58,821 nt of DNA from a virus (IMGVR_UViG_3300022719_000175:1-58821), one strand, 5' to 3'; counted from the first letter of the stretch, positions 18,538-29,318 are shown. Translations and numbers: made by a program. The notes: generated by a model from the sequence alone, not told the origin.

Positions 18538-20121
18538 ATGGCGGTTCAAAATCGCATCGACTCGAACTCCGTGGGCCTGCGGATCGCCGAGGAGGATACC
18601 GATTGCATCGGCCAGCTCGCATCCGAGACCACCACGGACAACGCGTCGACCTGGAAGGCGTACGCGCCGAACGAGTTCGGGGACTTCGGTCCCAACGTCG
18701 GGACGGTTTCGCGCCGACCCCTGGAGCCCGGGCGGCAGCGCCGCAAGGGAAGCGCCGTCTCGGTCGAGGCGGCGGGGACGTTCACCATCGACCTCACCCA
18801 AAACAACCTCACTGAGCTGATGAAGGGCGCCCTCGTCACGAACATCGAGGAGCCGCAGGTGAACGCGGCGGCAATCACCGACGTTTCGTCGGGGGTCCTC
18901 ACCTCCGCGGACATCGATGACGACTTCGAGGTCGGGGACCTGCTGTGGGGCACGGGCTCGTCCGTGGACGATCAGAACGCCCTCTTCCGGGTCACGGCGA
19001 CGGCCTCGAACACGATTACCGTCACCCCGGCCCCGGCGGACGACGCCTCGCCGGACGCGACCTGGCAGCTGCAGCGCATCGGCTTCCGCTTCACCGCTGG
19101 CGACCTCGACGTCGACGCCTCGGGCACGCTCCCGCAACTCACGACCTCGACGAAGACGCTGACCGAGCTCGACATCAACTCGGGCGACTGGATCTTCGTC
19201 GGCGGTGACGCGGCCGACACGAAGTTCACGAACCAGGCGACCACGGACATCGACGACAACAACGGCTTCATGCGCGTCCGGTCGATCGCCGCGAACGCCA
19301 TCGAGATTGACCAGACCGACGTCACGATGACGACCGAGGCGTCGACCACGGAAACCATCGAGATCTACTTCGGCCGGGTCATCCACAACCAAGCGCTCGA
19401 GGCGAACCAGCAGCGGCACACGTACCAGCTCGAGCGGACGCTCGGCGAGGACGCGTCGGGCACGCAAGCGGAATACCTCAAGGGTGCGGTCATCGACAAC
19501 ATGACCTTCAACTTCCCGCTCAAGGACAAGGCGACGGTCGAAGTGTCCTTCACGGCGCTGGACCACGAGGTCATCGACGGCGACGGCTCTCCGGCGATCA
19601 AGTCCGAGCAGTCGTCCGCCTCGACGGAGGCCCTCCTCGGCGAGGAGCCTTTCAACACGGCGACCGACATCGCCTACCGCATGGCGGTCTTCGCCGAAGG
19701 CACGGAAGCGCCGACGCCGCTGTTCGCTTACCTGGAGACCCTCAACGTGTCAATCGCGAACAACGTCTCGCGTGTGGACGCGCTCGGGACCCTCGGCTCA
19801 ATCGACATGAGCTACGGCGGCCTCGACATCGGGGCGGAGCCGCTCGCAATCTTCGAGGACGTGGACGCACTCGACACCATCCGGGCAGTCTCCGATGTTT
19901 GCCTCAACTGGCGACTCGTCAAGCAGAACGCGGGGATCCACTTCGACCTCCCGCTGATGACCGCCTCGAGCCCGGGCGCGGACGTGTCTCCCGACACGCC
20001 GATCAAGCTGCCCATGACGGGCGAGGCCGCGACTGGTGCGTCGCTCGACGCCACGGCGCTCGACCACACGATGAAAATCTCGATCTTTCCGTACCTGCCG
20101 ACGCTCGCCGCGGTGAGCTAA
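18538..20121 (+). CDS. Major tail tube protein
   Basis: NRIDSNSVGLRIAEE, RQRRKG and YQLERTLG motifs, as in YuA-like tail tubes. Confidence 0.88.
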   Translation: MAVQNRIDSNSVGLRIAEEDTDCIGQLASETTTDNASTWKAYAPNEFGDFGPNVGTVSRRPLEPGRQRRKGSAVSVEAAGTFTIDLTQNNLTELMKGALVTNIEEPQVNAAAITDVSSGVLTSADIDDDFEVGDLLWGTGSSVDDQNALFRVTATASNTITVTPAPADDASPDATWQLQRIGFRFTAGDLDVDASGTLPQLTTSTKTLTELDINSGDWIFVGGDAADTKFTNQATTDIDDNNGFMRVRSIAANAIEIDQTDVTMTTEASTTETIEIYFGRVIHNQALEANQQRHTYQLERTLGEDASGTQAEYLKGAVIDNMTFNFPLKDKATVEVSFTALDHEVIDGDGSPAIKSEQSSASTEALLGEEPFNTATDIAYRMAVFAEGTEAPTPLFAYLETLNVSIANNVSRVDALGTLGSIDMSYGGLDIGAEPLAIFEDVDALDTIRAVSDVCLNWRLVKQNAGIHFDLPLMTASSPGADVSPDTPIKLPMTGEAATGASLDATALDHTMKISIFPYLPTLAAVS

Positions 20122-20137
20122 GAAAGGAGGTCGCTCG

Positions 20138-20578
20138 ATGGGATTGCGCGACCGAATCGTAACCGACCGAGAGATGGAAGAGAAGGGCGTCTGGTTCAAG
20201 GTCCTCGACACCGGGGTCCGGTTCCTGACGCGCCGCTACCACGGCGGGAACGTCGATGCCATGAACGCGATGCGCGAGCTCGCGGACCGTCACACGACGA
20301 CCGACGCCAACGGCAAGCCGACAGTCGAAACCGATTCCTCGAGCTACGAGGAGGGGCTCTTCGAGGTCTGGGCCAACCACGTCTTCCTTGATTGGGAGGG
20401 CGTTACTGCCTATGACATCGACCCCGAGCAACCCGAGGAGGAGATCCCGTATTCGCCTGAGGCGTGTGTCGCGCTGATGAAGGCGATCCCCGAGACCTTC
20501 GCCGTGCTGTCGGTGGAGGCGGTGTCGCGGGAGAATTACCTCGCGGCGCTTCGCAAGGAGAAGGCGGGAAACTCGTAG
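20138..20578 (+). CDS. Tail assembly chaperone (gpG-like)
   Basis: Follows the tail tube; E.KGVW and F.DWEGV motifs; ends in slippery G GGA AAC. Confidence 0.82.
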   Translation: MGLRDRIVTDREMEEKGVWFKVLDTGVRFLTRRYHGGNVDAMNAMRELADRHTTTDANGKPTVETDSSSYEEGLFEVWANHVFLDWEGVTAYDIDPEQPEEEIPYSPEACVALMKAIPETFAVLSVEAVSRENYLAALRKEKAGNS

Positions 20579-20898
20579 AGGTCCTTCTCTGGCAGTTGGA
20601 GAAGGGCCACAATTATGAGCAGCGGCTCAAGAACGCGAAGCGGTTCGGCCGCCCCGTGGATCACCTGCGGAGACCAGAGCTGCGGCCGGACGTTCAGTGG
20701 GTGTTCGCGGAGTTCTGGAAGCTCCACACCTGCCGCGAGTGGACGAGCGCCGGTTACGGCTACATTCCGTACCTGCGCGTCATGGAGTTCGCGGACCGCA
20801 AGGGCTACGACGCCGACACAGCGGAAGAGTTTTGGGAAATGATCCACTCAATGGACTGCGCCATGATCCAGCACGAAGCGAAAAAGGCCAGTGAGTAG
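20566..20898 (+). CDS. Tail assembly chaperone extension (gpGT-like, -1 frameshift product)
   Basis: GGGAAAC heptamer at 20566-20572; the -1 frame is open to 20898 (FWKLHTCR...IPY). Confidence 0.78.
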   Translation, partial: GKLVEVLLWQLEKGHNYEQRLKNAKRFGRPVDHLRRPELRPDVQWVFAEFWKLHTCREWTSAGYGYIPYLRVMEFADRKGYDADTAEEFWEMIHSMDCAMIQHEAKKASE

Positions 20899-21340
20899 CC
20901 TCGGCGATTTCAGAAGGCGCATCCGCAAGCGCGCCAAGCAGCTGCAGAGGACGACCGAGACTGCCGTCCGTCAAGGCGCAATCGCCGGGTTGCGCGCGGC
21001 CACCGTCGCGACTCCGGTCGACACGGGCAACGCCAGAGTGAACTGGAACGTGTCGGTCAAGGTTCCGGAGGTCGAAGTCCGTCCGCTGCCCGAGGGCGCG
21101 CGGATTTCCAAGAGCGAGGCCAACCAGGAAGCCGGGCGTCGAGCTCGGTTCCGGGTGAAGGCCTTCAAGATCGACGACGGCGTCATCTGGCTGACCAACG
21201 GTGTCCAGTATATCCGGCTGCTCGACACGGGCGGGATCTCGAAAAAGGGCGGCAACATGAGCGCCAAGGCGATTCTTGCGGCGACGCGAGCGATCAAGAT
21301 CCGCCTCGCCAGGGGAATCTTCAAGAGGGGTAGGAGCTGA
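20891..21340 (+). CDS. Tail completion/neck protein (HK97 gp10-like)
   Basis: TPVDTGNARVNW and N.VQYI..L motifs. Confidence 0.8.
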   Translation: MSSLGDFRRRIRKRAKQLQRTTETAVRQGAIAGLRAATVATPVDTGNARVNWNVSVKVPEVEVRPLPEGARISKSEANQEAGRRARFRVKAFKIDDGVIWLTNGVQYIRLLDTGGISKKGGNMSAKAILAATRAIKIRLARGIFKRGRS

Positions 21341-23175
21341 TGGCGCAGGAACCGATTGAGATCCCGATCCGCGTCAAAGGCGCGCGGAAAGCCAAGCGGG
21401 AGATCGAGGGCCTGGGCGAGTCGTCCAAGAAGTCCGAGAAGGGCGTGGCCAGTCTCACCGCCGGTCTGAAGGTACTCGCAGGAGCCGCCGTGGTCCGCGA
21501 GATCGCCGGCCTCGGTGTCGAATTTCAGCAGCTTGAGCGACGCATCCTCGCCGTGTCGGACGGCGCAGAGGACGCGCAGAGGAACCTCCAGATCATCACC
21601 CGTGTCTCGCGGCAGACGCGGTCGAACATTTCCGCCAACGCGGAGGCGTTCCAGAGACTGAGCATCGCCACGGAACGGATCGGCGTCTCGTCGGAGCAAG
21701 CGAGCCAGGTTCTCACGACCCTCAACCAGGCCTTCGCCGTGGGCGGGGTCTCGGCCTCGGAACAGGCGGCTGCGCTCACCCAGCTCGGGCAGGCGCTCGC
21801 CTCGGGCAAGCTCAACGGCGACGAACTGCGATCGCTCACGGAGAACGCGTCCTTCCTCGCGAACGCGCTTGGAAACGAGATCGGTGGGAAGGGCATCGCC
21901 TCGCTCCGGGAACTCTCGGCGCAAGGGAAACTCACCTCCGAGGTCCTCATCGACGCCTTCCTCAAGGTCGGCGGCGACATCGAAGAACAATACAAGTCGC
22001 TCCCGAAGACGCTCGGCGAGGCGTTTACCGAACTGCGGACGGAACTGACCTTGCTGGGCGAGTCACTGGTGCCAGCGATCAACGGGATTTCGAAATCCTT
22101 TTCCAACATCGCCACAAGCATCCGGATTTCCAGCGATGCCCTGACAATCTTCAACGAAAAGATCAACCGGGCCATCGCGAACCGCACGCGGTTCCGGCGG
22201 TTGGAGGGGCTGGACGCGGGCCGCGACGACGCAATCGAGCAGGCCCAGGGGCTGCGAAGGCTGGGCGAAACACTGATCGCCAGCGCCAACCGGCAGGTGG
22301 CCACCACCGGCACGGTTAGCCCGCAACTGGTGGCCGAAATCGCGCAAGTAGACGCGGAGTACCGGAAGGTCGCGGACTCGCTGGGAATCCTTACGGAGCG
22401 CTCCAGCAAGGCGGCGGACGTGTTCGCGGATGAAATCCCGTCGTCCCTGCAGAAATCGCAGGACGCGTTCCTGAAGATCCAATCTGCGCTGGGCGTAGAG
22501 GGCCTGGAGGGTGGAGGCGGCGGCGCGGCGGGTGGGGGAGAACGGGACCTCTCAGGTGACCCGATCCTCCAAGCACTCGAGGCCCGCCAAGCGAAGGAGA
22601 CCGAGCTCACGAAGGCCCACCTCGACCGCATCAATGCGCTGTCGCAGGAGGCCTTCGAGAAAGACCTCGCGCGGTACAGGTTCCAGGAGCAGGCGCTGAC
22701 GGCGGTCTTCAACACGGCGACCGATGCGCTTCTTGAGTACACGCGGACGGGAGAGCTCGACTTCAAGGAGTTCGGTGCCTCGATCCTGGAGACGCTCCAA
22801 CAAATCCTCATCCAGGCGCTCATCACCCAGGCAGTGACGGGGCTCCTCGGCGGAGCGCCCACTGCGCCCGGGACGATTTCGGGCCTCGGCGAGTCGGGCA
22901 TCCCGCTCGCGCCGCAGTTTGCCGGAGGGTTCGCGGACGGCGGGACAATCCCCGCGGGGCAGTTCGGAGTCGTCGGCGAGCAGGGCCCCGAATTCATTTC
23001 CGGGCCGGCTACGATCACGCCAATGGGCGGCGGGTCGGTCACGGTCAACGTATCGATCGGCGGGCGACAGATCGCGCCTGAGGTCCTCGACGTCATCCGC
23101 TCCGAGGACGGAGCGCGCGCCCAGCTGGACACGCTTTCGAAGAAGTCGACCCAAGCGAAAAGGCTGCTGTCGTAA
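21340..23175 (+). CDS. Tape measure protein (short, 611 aa)
   Basis: Tape-measure N-domain QLGQALASGKLNGDELRSL.EN; C-terminal FADGG...VGEQGPE. Confidence 0.92.
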   Translation: MAQEPIEIPIRVKGARKAKREIEGLGESSKKSEKGVASLTAGLKVLAGAAVVREIAGLGVEFQQLERRILAVSDGAEDAQRNLQIITRVSRQTRSNISANAEAFQRLSIATERIGVSSEQASQVLTTLNQAFAVGGVSASEQAAALTQLGQALASGKLNGDELRSLTENASFLANALGNEIGGKGIASLRELSAQGKLTSEVLIDAFLKVGGDIEEQYKSLPKTLGEAFTELRTELTLLGESLVPAINGISKSFSNIATSIRISSDALTIFNEKINRAIANRTRFRRLEGLDAGRDDAIEQAQGLRRLGETLIASANRQVATTGTVSPQLVAEIAQVDAEYRKVADSLGILTERSSKAADVFADEIPSSLQKSQDAFLKIQSALGVEGLEGGGGGAAGGGERDLSGDPILQALEARQAKETELTKAHLDRINALSQEAFEKDLARYRFQEQALTAVFNTATDALLEYTRTGELDFKEFGASILETLQQILIQALITQAVTGLLGGAPTAPGTISGLGESGIPLAPQFAGGFADGGTIPAGQFGVVGEQGPEFISGPATITPMGGGSVTVNVSIGGRQIAPEVLDVIRSEDGARAQLDTLSKKSTQAKRLLS

Positions 23176-24413
23176 TGCCCGAATTCGAGTGGTACAAAGA
23201 ATTGACGATCAATTCGTCGCTCATCGGCTCGGACCTCACGGGGTTCGTCGCTCGTCTCGAACTCGGGGCGGACGACGACCTACGTTCCGTCGCGAACGGC
23301 GGCGGGGTCCGGAGCGCGAACGGCTACGACATCGCGTTTTACTCCGACATTGCGCTGACCACACAGTACCCGCACGAACTGGTTTCCTACGACGACACGA
23401 CCGGCGAGGCCGCTTTCTGGGTCCGCGTCCCGGCGACGGCGGCGTCGGACCAGTCGATCCTGATGCTCTACGGCGAGGCGACGATCACGACCGACCAGTC
23501 CTCGACGGACGTTTATAGCGTCCTCGCGGCGGACGTCGGGTCGAGCGTCTATCACCTCGACGATCTCTCCGGGGACCTTGTCGACGCGACGGCCAACGGA
23601 CACGACCTGGACATCGGCGCGGACTTCGGCGCAACCCTCGCGGGCGAGGTATACGGCGCGGAGGGCAAGATCGGGACGGCGATGCAGACCGACGCCTCTT
23701 CGTGGAACAACACGCTCTGTTCGGCGGGCGCAGGCGTGAAGGTGGTGGACCGCGGAACGCAACCGTTCGAGGACCGGCCGTTTACTGTCTCCACGTGGTT
23801 CCGGTCGCTGGGAGACAACGGCGGCGTTCGACAGTACATCCTGGAGGTGGGGCAGACATCCGGACGCGGCTTCGCGATTCAGCAAGCCGTCGCGGGCTCG
23901 GGAACGTCCGACCCGATCCGGGTGTCGGGATCGTCGTCGGTGTCGGCGACGTTCGACGTGGCGGGAACATACCAGCCGGACCTCGACCTCGACTGGGTCC
24001 TCATCCACGTCACGTTCGACGGCGTCGACGATTGGAACCTCTACGAGAACGGCGTACTCGCCACCAACTGGACCCATGCGGTGGACGTTAGCATGGGAGG
24101 CGATCAAAGCGTGTTCACCATCCTGGGGTCGCGGGAGACGACCCGGCACCGCGGGATGTGGGGTCGGTGGGACGAGGCGCGGATCCTCTTTAACAACGAA
24201 CTATCGGCGGACTGGATCGCGGCGGAACACGCGAACCAAGACGACTCGACGATCGACGCGGCAAACTTCTGGAAATCGATCGGAGCGCAGACGCAAGCGC
24301 AACCCGACCCGTTCCGGAAGAACGTGAACACGGCCCTCGCTCGCGTCCTCGACGTGAACTGTGCCCTCGCTCGCGTCCTCGACGTGAACTGTGCCCTTGA
24401 GAATGCGGAGTAA
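23175..24413 (+). CDS. DUF2341 + LamG-like tail-associated carbohydrate-binding protein
   Basis: NGYDIAFY, FWVRVP, LMLYG, VYHL and DEARI..LSADWI.AE..NQ motifs. Confidence 0.72.
   Translation: MPEFEWYKELTINSSLIGSDLTGFVARLELGADDDLRSVANGGGVRSANGYDIAFYSDIALTTQYPHELVSYDDTTGEAAFWVRVPATAASDQSILMLYGEATITTDQSSTDVYSVLAADVGSSVYHLDDLSGDLVDATANGHDLDIGADFGATLAGEVYGAEGKIGTAMQTDASSWNNTLCSAGAGVKVVDRGTQPFEDRPFTVSTWFRSLGDNGGVRQYILEVGQTSGRGFAIQQAVAGSGTSDPIRVSGSSSVSATFDVAGTYQPDLDLDWVLIHVTFDGVDDWNLYENGVLATNWTHAVDVSMGGDQSVFTILGSRETTRHRGMWGRWDEARILFNNELSADWIAAEHANQDDSTIDAANFWKSIGAQTQAQPDPFRKNVNTALARVLDVNCALARVLDVNCALENAE
24322..24397 (+). repeat. 30-bp tandem repeat (~2.5 copies) at the 3' end of the DUF2341 gene
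   Basis: GACGTGAACTGTGCCCTCGCTCGCGTCCTC units encoding DVNCALARVL. Confidence 0.9.
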
Positions 24414-24416
24414 CCG

Positions 24417-25727
24417 ATGCTGATTCAGGGAACCGCGACGGACTACATCGACCTCGCGGCAGTCATCCGCGACACCGCGCAGGAGCGAGGACTCTCCGCG
24501 GTCGCGGTCAACGCGGGGGGAACCGGCTACACGGTCGGCGACCTCCTCACGGTAGCGGGAGGAACGACGACCGGGGCGGGTGCGGCCACGATCGAAGTTA
24601 CGTCCGTCTCGTCGGGCGTCATTGACGGCGTGAAGGTCAAGATGTCGGGGGCGTACTCGTCCGATCCGACGACCACGGCGAACGCGGTCACGGGCGGGAC
24701 GGGATCTTCCGCGACGATCGACCTCACGATGGCGGACTACGGCTGGACCGAGGAGCGCGACACCGCATACTCGGGCTCGGACCGCGAGATTATCCTCAAC
24801 GGCGAGGGCGCCGGGTCGGATGAAATCTTCGTCGGGATCCGGACGTACAACGACGGCGCCGTCTTCAACTGGGAGCTCGCCGGGATGACTGGCTACTCGT
24901 CCGGCGACATCTGGGACGACCAACCCGGTATCTCGCCGGGACGCTACGACATGGCGGATCCGGACGACGGCGGCGCGTTTGTTGCTCTCGCAACGACGGC
25001 GGCGCAGAACCTCGAATACTGGATTCAGATCGACTCCTATGCGATCGTCGGGGTTGCACGAAACTCAACGTCGTACCAGTCCTTCTACCTCGGATGGCTC
25101 AACCCGTTCGGGACGTCGTCGGAATTCACTTACCCGCTGTGCGTCGCGGGGAACACGCCCGACCCGGAGACGGCCTTCAACTCGTCGGACATCTGGAACT
25201 CTGGCATCACCGACCCAATCCACCACGACGCGAATGACGCTGACGGGCCTTGCCTGTACCGGAACGCCGCGGGCACCTGGCAGTCCTTCATCAACGGCTT
25301 CGCCGCGAACGGTTCCGGCCGAACGATCGCGACGGACCGGCTGGTCTTCCCGGCGGGCGGACCGCCGACCACAACCGCCGGAGACATTCCCGAGGAGGAC
25401 CTCGTTTTCGAAGACCAATTCCGATTCGCCTCGACCTCGGGTCAGAACAACATCATCCCGCAGTCGGCGACTCCCGGGACGGTCGACTACACGCTCGCGC
25501 AGACGCCTGACACGGGCGGCGACATCACCTTCCTGTGGCCCGCGACGCTCATCGAGTGGAACGGCGTAAACGCGCTCCAGGGGGAGATGCGCCACGTCTA
25601 CTGGATCCACAACGACGGCGGGATCGTCGCTGAGGACGACTTCCGGATTGGGGGCGTGGACTTCCGCGTCTTCCAAGCTGGAACTCGGACCAACAACTGG
25701 GCCTTCTGGGCCCTTCGGGAGAACTAA
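24417..25727 (+). CDS. Virion structural (tail) protein
   Basis: GTATDY.DL, IFVGIRTY, SFYLG...P......YPL pattern of YuA-like tail proteins. Confidence 0.75.
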   Translation: MLIQGTATDYIDLAAVIRDTAQERGLSAVAVNAGGTGYTVGDLLTVAGGTTTGAGAATIEVTSVSSGVIDGVKVKMSGAYSSDPTTTANAVTGGTGSSATIDLTMADYGWTEERDTAYSGSDREIILNGEGAGSDEIFVGIRTYNDGAVFNWELAGMTGYSSGDIWDDQPGISPGRYDMADPDDGGAFVALATTAAQNLEYWIQIDSYAIVGVARNSTSYQSFYLGWLNPFGTSSEFTYPLCVAGNTPDPETAFNSSDIWNSGITDPIHHDANDADGPCLYRNAAGTWQSFINGFAANGSGRTIATDRLVFPAGGPPTTTAGDIPEEDLVFEDQFRFASTSGQNNIIPQSATPGTVDYTLAQTPDTGGDITFLWPATLIEWNGVNALQGEMRHVYWIHNDGGIVAEDDFRIGGVDFRVFQAGTRTNNWAFWALREN

Positions 25728-25729
25728 GC

Positions 25730-26722
25730 ATGGCGCTCTACGAAACTGGGTCGGCGACCGACACCGACGACCTCATCGACAAGCTCATGGACTTCGCCAC
25801 GGTGACCAACACCGGGTTCAGCGAGGATGACCGCGACCTCGTCAACAACGAGGCGTCGCTGAACGACGGCGGCTCGCTCTCCGTCCAATTCGAGTGGGAC
25901 TCCGACACGATCGGGATCCACCAAGCGCTCTCCTACTCGTCGCCCACGCCGGGCGGCGGGACGAACGACTCGGGCTCCGGCGGGATCACGGCAACCCAGC
26001 GGGCCTGCCATTTCCCGAGCGGCGAGACGGGCTCCTACACCTACCACTTCTTCACCGACCACGCGACCGCGGGGACCTACGTCCACGTCGTCGTCGAGTA
26101 CAGCTCCGGCCTGTTCCGTCATTTCGGCTTCGGCAACCTGTCGAAGATCGGCGACTGGACCGGCGGCGAGTACGCTTACGGCCATTTCTGGGATCAGACC
26201 GCGGCGGACATCGACAACCCGCTTGACGCGAACCATGCCTGCCCGTTCGACTCGGTCGGCGGGACCATCAGCGCCGGAGATCGCGACCTGTATCCCACGA
26301 TGCACGTCGAAGGGCTGCCCGACCAAGCGGGCTCGGGGAAGTGGGGTGTCATGTGGGCCGACGACGCGCCGGGAACCGACGGCGACGGGAACGCCCGGGT
26401 GAACCTGCTGGGCGGAATGCGCGACGGCCCGATCATGAATGGCCTGGGCGGCCTGAGCACCAACCCGGTTAACGGGCAGATCCTCCTCGTCCCGCTCGGT
26501 GTCTTCTACCGCAACACGACGCCCACGCCGGACGAGCTGACGCTCCTCGGCTTCGCGCCGGACATGGCGTACGTCAACATGAAGAACCTCACGCCGGGCG
26601 CGCTTTACACGGTCGGCTCGGCGAAGTACCGGACATTCCCTCTCGTTCGGAAGCAGTATCTCAAGGACAATACCGAGGAGAGTTGGAACGCCGGAATCGC
26701 CTACCGGGATTATACGAGCTGA
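25730..26722 (+). CDS. Virion structural (tail) protein
   Basis: YETGSATD..DL, VVVEYSSGLFRHFGFG and SWNAGIAYR motifs. Confidence 0.75.
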   Translation: MALYETGSATDTDDLIDKLMDFATVTNTGFSEDDRDLVNNEASLNDGGSLSVQFEWDSDTIGIHQALSYSSPTPGGGTNDSGSGGITATQRACHFPSGETGSYTYHFFTDHATAGTYVHVVVEYSSGLFRHFGFGNLSKIGDWTGGEYAYGHFWDQTAADIDNPLDANHACPFDSVGGTISAGDRDLYPTMHVEGLPDQAGSGKWGVMWADDAPGTDGDGNARVNLLGGMRDGPIMNGLGGLSTNPVNGQILLVPLGVFYRNTTPTPDELTLLGFAPDMAYVNMKNLTPGALYTVGSAKYRTFPLVRKQYLKDNTEESWNAGIAYRDYTS

Positions 26723-28515
26723 TGGCGACTCGATTCGGAACCACTACGCCGTGGCTCATCACCGGGCAGAACCAGGACGGCGATCGTCTCACCCAACCGG
26801 ACTGGACCGCCGATGCGCGGACCGGGTCCGACCGGTGGACGGCCGGGACGCTTGGCGACAGCGAGCTTCGCGATGACCCGACCTCAGGCACGCCGGGGAC
26901 GGGGAACCGTGTGCCGGCTTACCAGGTCGATTTCTCTGGGATCCGGGACAACCGCGCCGGCGCTGGGTTCGGCTGGTTCGAGGACGTCCACGTCCTCCCG
27001 CGATCCGTGGAGCTCGGGAACCTACTCACGGCTCAAACGATCACTTTCGACGTCTTCAACGGCTTCCGCTACGACGAGAAGGAGTTTACCTCGTTCACGA
27101 TCAACGCGGGCTCGGGGATCTCGACCTCGGGGCTCCCGAGCCTTCCGACGGACATCTTCCCGCTTGATACGGTAGATTTCGACGTCATCGTCTCGACGGA
27201 CGGCGACTCTGTCATCGACGGGACCTTCGACGTCGTCGTCGGCGGCTCGACGATCTCTGTTTCGATCGAGGGCTCGCGAATCGTCATGTTCCCGTACCAA
27301 CCGGAGGCGCCGCTCCGTGAAACGCTGGAGTTCATGACGGAGATCCTGACGGCTGTCGACGGGACGGAGCAGCGAATCTCGGGCCGCAAGAACCCGCGGC
27401 AGTCGTTCCGCTTCACGGTCTTCGCGGATAACGACCGGGAGCGGCAGCGGATTTCCAACCTGCTGTTCGACTGGCAAGGCCGGGTGTTCGGCCTGCCAGT
27501 GTGGACGGAGTCGACGACGCTCATGGCCGACGTCGCGATCAACGACACGACCATCAACGTCGCTTCAACCGCGAACGCCGACTACCGGGTCGGGGACCTC
27601 GCGATCATCCTGAAGGACGACGACACCTTCGACGCTCTGACCGTTTCCGCGACGACCGCGACGACGATCACCTTCGACTCGGAGGTCACCCAGTCGTACT
27701 TGGCATCGGACCGCGAGGTCCTAGTGATGCCGCTCCGGCAAGTTTATGCCGACGCAGTTGTTTCCCGATCGAAGTACCGGGTCGGCCCGGAGACCTTCGA
27801 GGTCTCCTTCCGAGTCATCGACAACGACTCCGACCTCGGAGACGTCACCGGCTGGACGGCCCACCCGACCGACTCGAAGGTCATCCTCGACGGTTCCGTC
27901 AAGGGCGTCGGCCTGAACATCGTCCGCGGCCAGCACAGCGGCAAGATGCAGACCCGACTTGCCCAGATCGACTCGAGGACCGGGACGTTCTCGCAGGCGC
28001 CGGACTGGGATCGCTCGAAGGACGAGGAGCCGATCGAAATCTTCGTCTACGACCGAGCTCTCCTCTGGGACGTCCGGCAACTCCTCCACGCCCTCCGCGG
28101 GCGGCAGGTGTCGTTCTATCTGCCGACGTTCTTTCCGGATCTCACAGTCAACACGGCGATCACCTCGGGCGGCTCGACGATGCAGATCGACAACGTCGGG
28201 TACACGCAGTTCAGCGGCGACCGGGTACCGCGGAACCTCATCCGCCTGACGACGGTCAGTGGGGACGAGTACATCGCCTCGGTCTCGTCGGCCTCGGTCA
28301 TCGACGCGGACAACGAGTCGCTCGCAATCACGGTCATCATGAAGAACCAGGCCGCGGCGGGGCCGACCTGGCCCGATAGCCTCGCGGTCGCAGACATCGA
28401 GCGGGTCGACTTCGTTCAGAAGGTCCGGCTCGACCAGGACCGGATTCAGATTACCCACGATGACGCCGCGGGCACCGCGCGCATCCAAGGCAAGATTGTG
28501 ACGGTCTTCGAATGA
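26722..28515 (+). CDS. Tail tip/distal tail-like structural protein
   Basis: ETLEF.TEIL...DGTEQR..R.NPRQ and LRGRQVSFYLPTF motifs. Confidence 0.78.
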   Translation: MATRFGTTTPWLITGQNQDGDRLTQPDWTADARTGSDRWTAGTLGDSELRDDPTSGTPGTGNRVPAYQVDFSGIRDNRAGAGFGWFEDVHVLPRSVELGNLLTAQTITFDVFNGFRYDEKEFTSFTINAGSGISTSGLPSLPTDIFPLDTVDFDVIVSTDGDSVIDGTFDVVVGGSTISVSIEGSRIVMFPYQPEAPLRETLEFMTEILTAVDGTEQRISGRKNPRQSFRFTVFADNDRERQRISNLLFDWQGRVFGLPVWTESTTLMADVAINDTTINVASTANADYRVGDLAIILKDDDTFDALTVSATTATTITFDSEVTQSYLASDREVLVMPLRQVYADAVVSRSKYRVGPETFEVSFRVIDNDSDLGDVTGWTAHPTDSKVILDGSVKGVGLNIVRGQHSGKMQTRLAQIDSRTGTFSQAPDWDRSKDEEPIEIFVYDRALLWDVRQLLHALRGRQVSFYLPTFFPDLTVNTAITSGGSTMQIDNVGYTQFSGDRVPRNLIRLTTVSGDEYIASVSSASVIDADNESLAITVIMKNQAAAGPTWPDSLAVADIERVDFVQKVRLDQDRIQITHDDAAGTARIQGKIVTVFE

Positions 28516-29318
28516 CATACGACGCCTTCGAAACCAGCGCGGAGTCGGGACGCCCGGTCGAGCTCTTTGAAATCACACTCGGCTCGGCCGTCTACCGGTG
28601 GACGAGCGCGGAGGACACCCAGTCTTTCGGCGGGAACGATTTCACGCCGATCGTGATCGAGCGCAACGGTTTCGCCGAGGGAAGCGACGACCGGGACGGC
28701 ATTCTGGAACTGCTCGTCTCTTCATCGAACGCCTTCGCCCAGGAATACATTGACATCGTCCCGACCGACCTCGCGACGGTCGAGGTCCTCCGCCTCCACC
28801 GCGGCGACGGGAATACCGTAACGATCTGGAGGGGGAAGGTGCAGACCGTTACCTTCTTCGACCAGAACCAGCGGGCGAAGATCGCCTGCCGGCCCGACCT
28901 CGGGACGACCTCGCGGCTGATCCCGCGGCGGACGTTTCAGGTCCAATGCAACCACGTCCTCTACGGGACGGCCTGTGCCGTCGTCGAGGCGTCGTTCCGC
29001 TACACCGGGACGGTTGCGTCGGTCTCAGCGGACGGCCGGACGCTTACGGTCACGGGCCTTAGCGCCAACGGTGCGGACTGGGCCGTCGGCGGCTTCGTCA
29101 CCTTCGGGGCCGACAAGCGGATGATCCTGTCCCAGTCGACCGACGACGTTGTCATTTCGCTCCCGTTCCGGTCGAGCCCGAGCGGGCAGTCGGTCGACGT
29201 CCAGGCCGGATGCGACCACACCGCGGCGACCTGCGAATCGAAGTTCTCGAACCTGGAGAACTTCGGCGGCTTCCCGTTCGTACCAACGCGGGACATCTTC
29301 CGGAACGGAGTCACCTAG
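28512..29318 (+). CDS. Tail tip protein (DUF2163 / phage BR0599 family, lambda gpL-like Cys cluster)
   Basis: RPVELF, CNHVLY...C and AGCDHT..TC..KF.N..NFGGFPFVP motifs. Confidence 0.9.
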   Translation: MTYDAFETSAESGRPVELFEITLGSAVYRWTSAEDTQSFGGNDFTPIVIERNGFAEGSDDRDGILELLVSSSNAFAQEYIDIVPTDLATVEVLRLHRGDGNTVTIWRGKVQTVTFFDQNQRAKIACRPDLGTTSRLIPRRTFQVQCNHVLYGTACAVVEASFRYTGTVASVSADGRTLTVTGLSANGADWAVGGFVTFGADKRMILSQSTDDVVISLPFRSSPSGQSVDVQAGCDHTAATCESKFSNLENFGGFPFVPTRDIFRNGVT

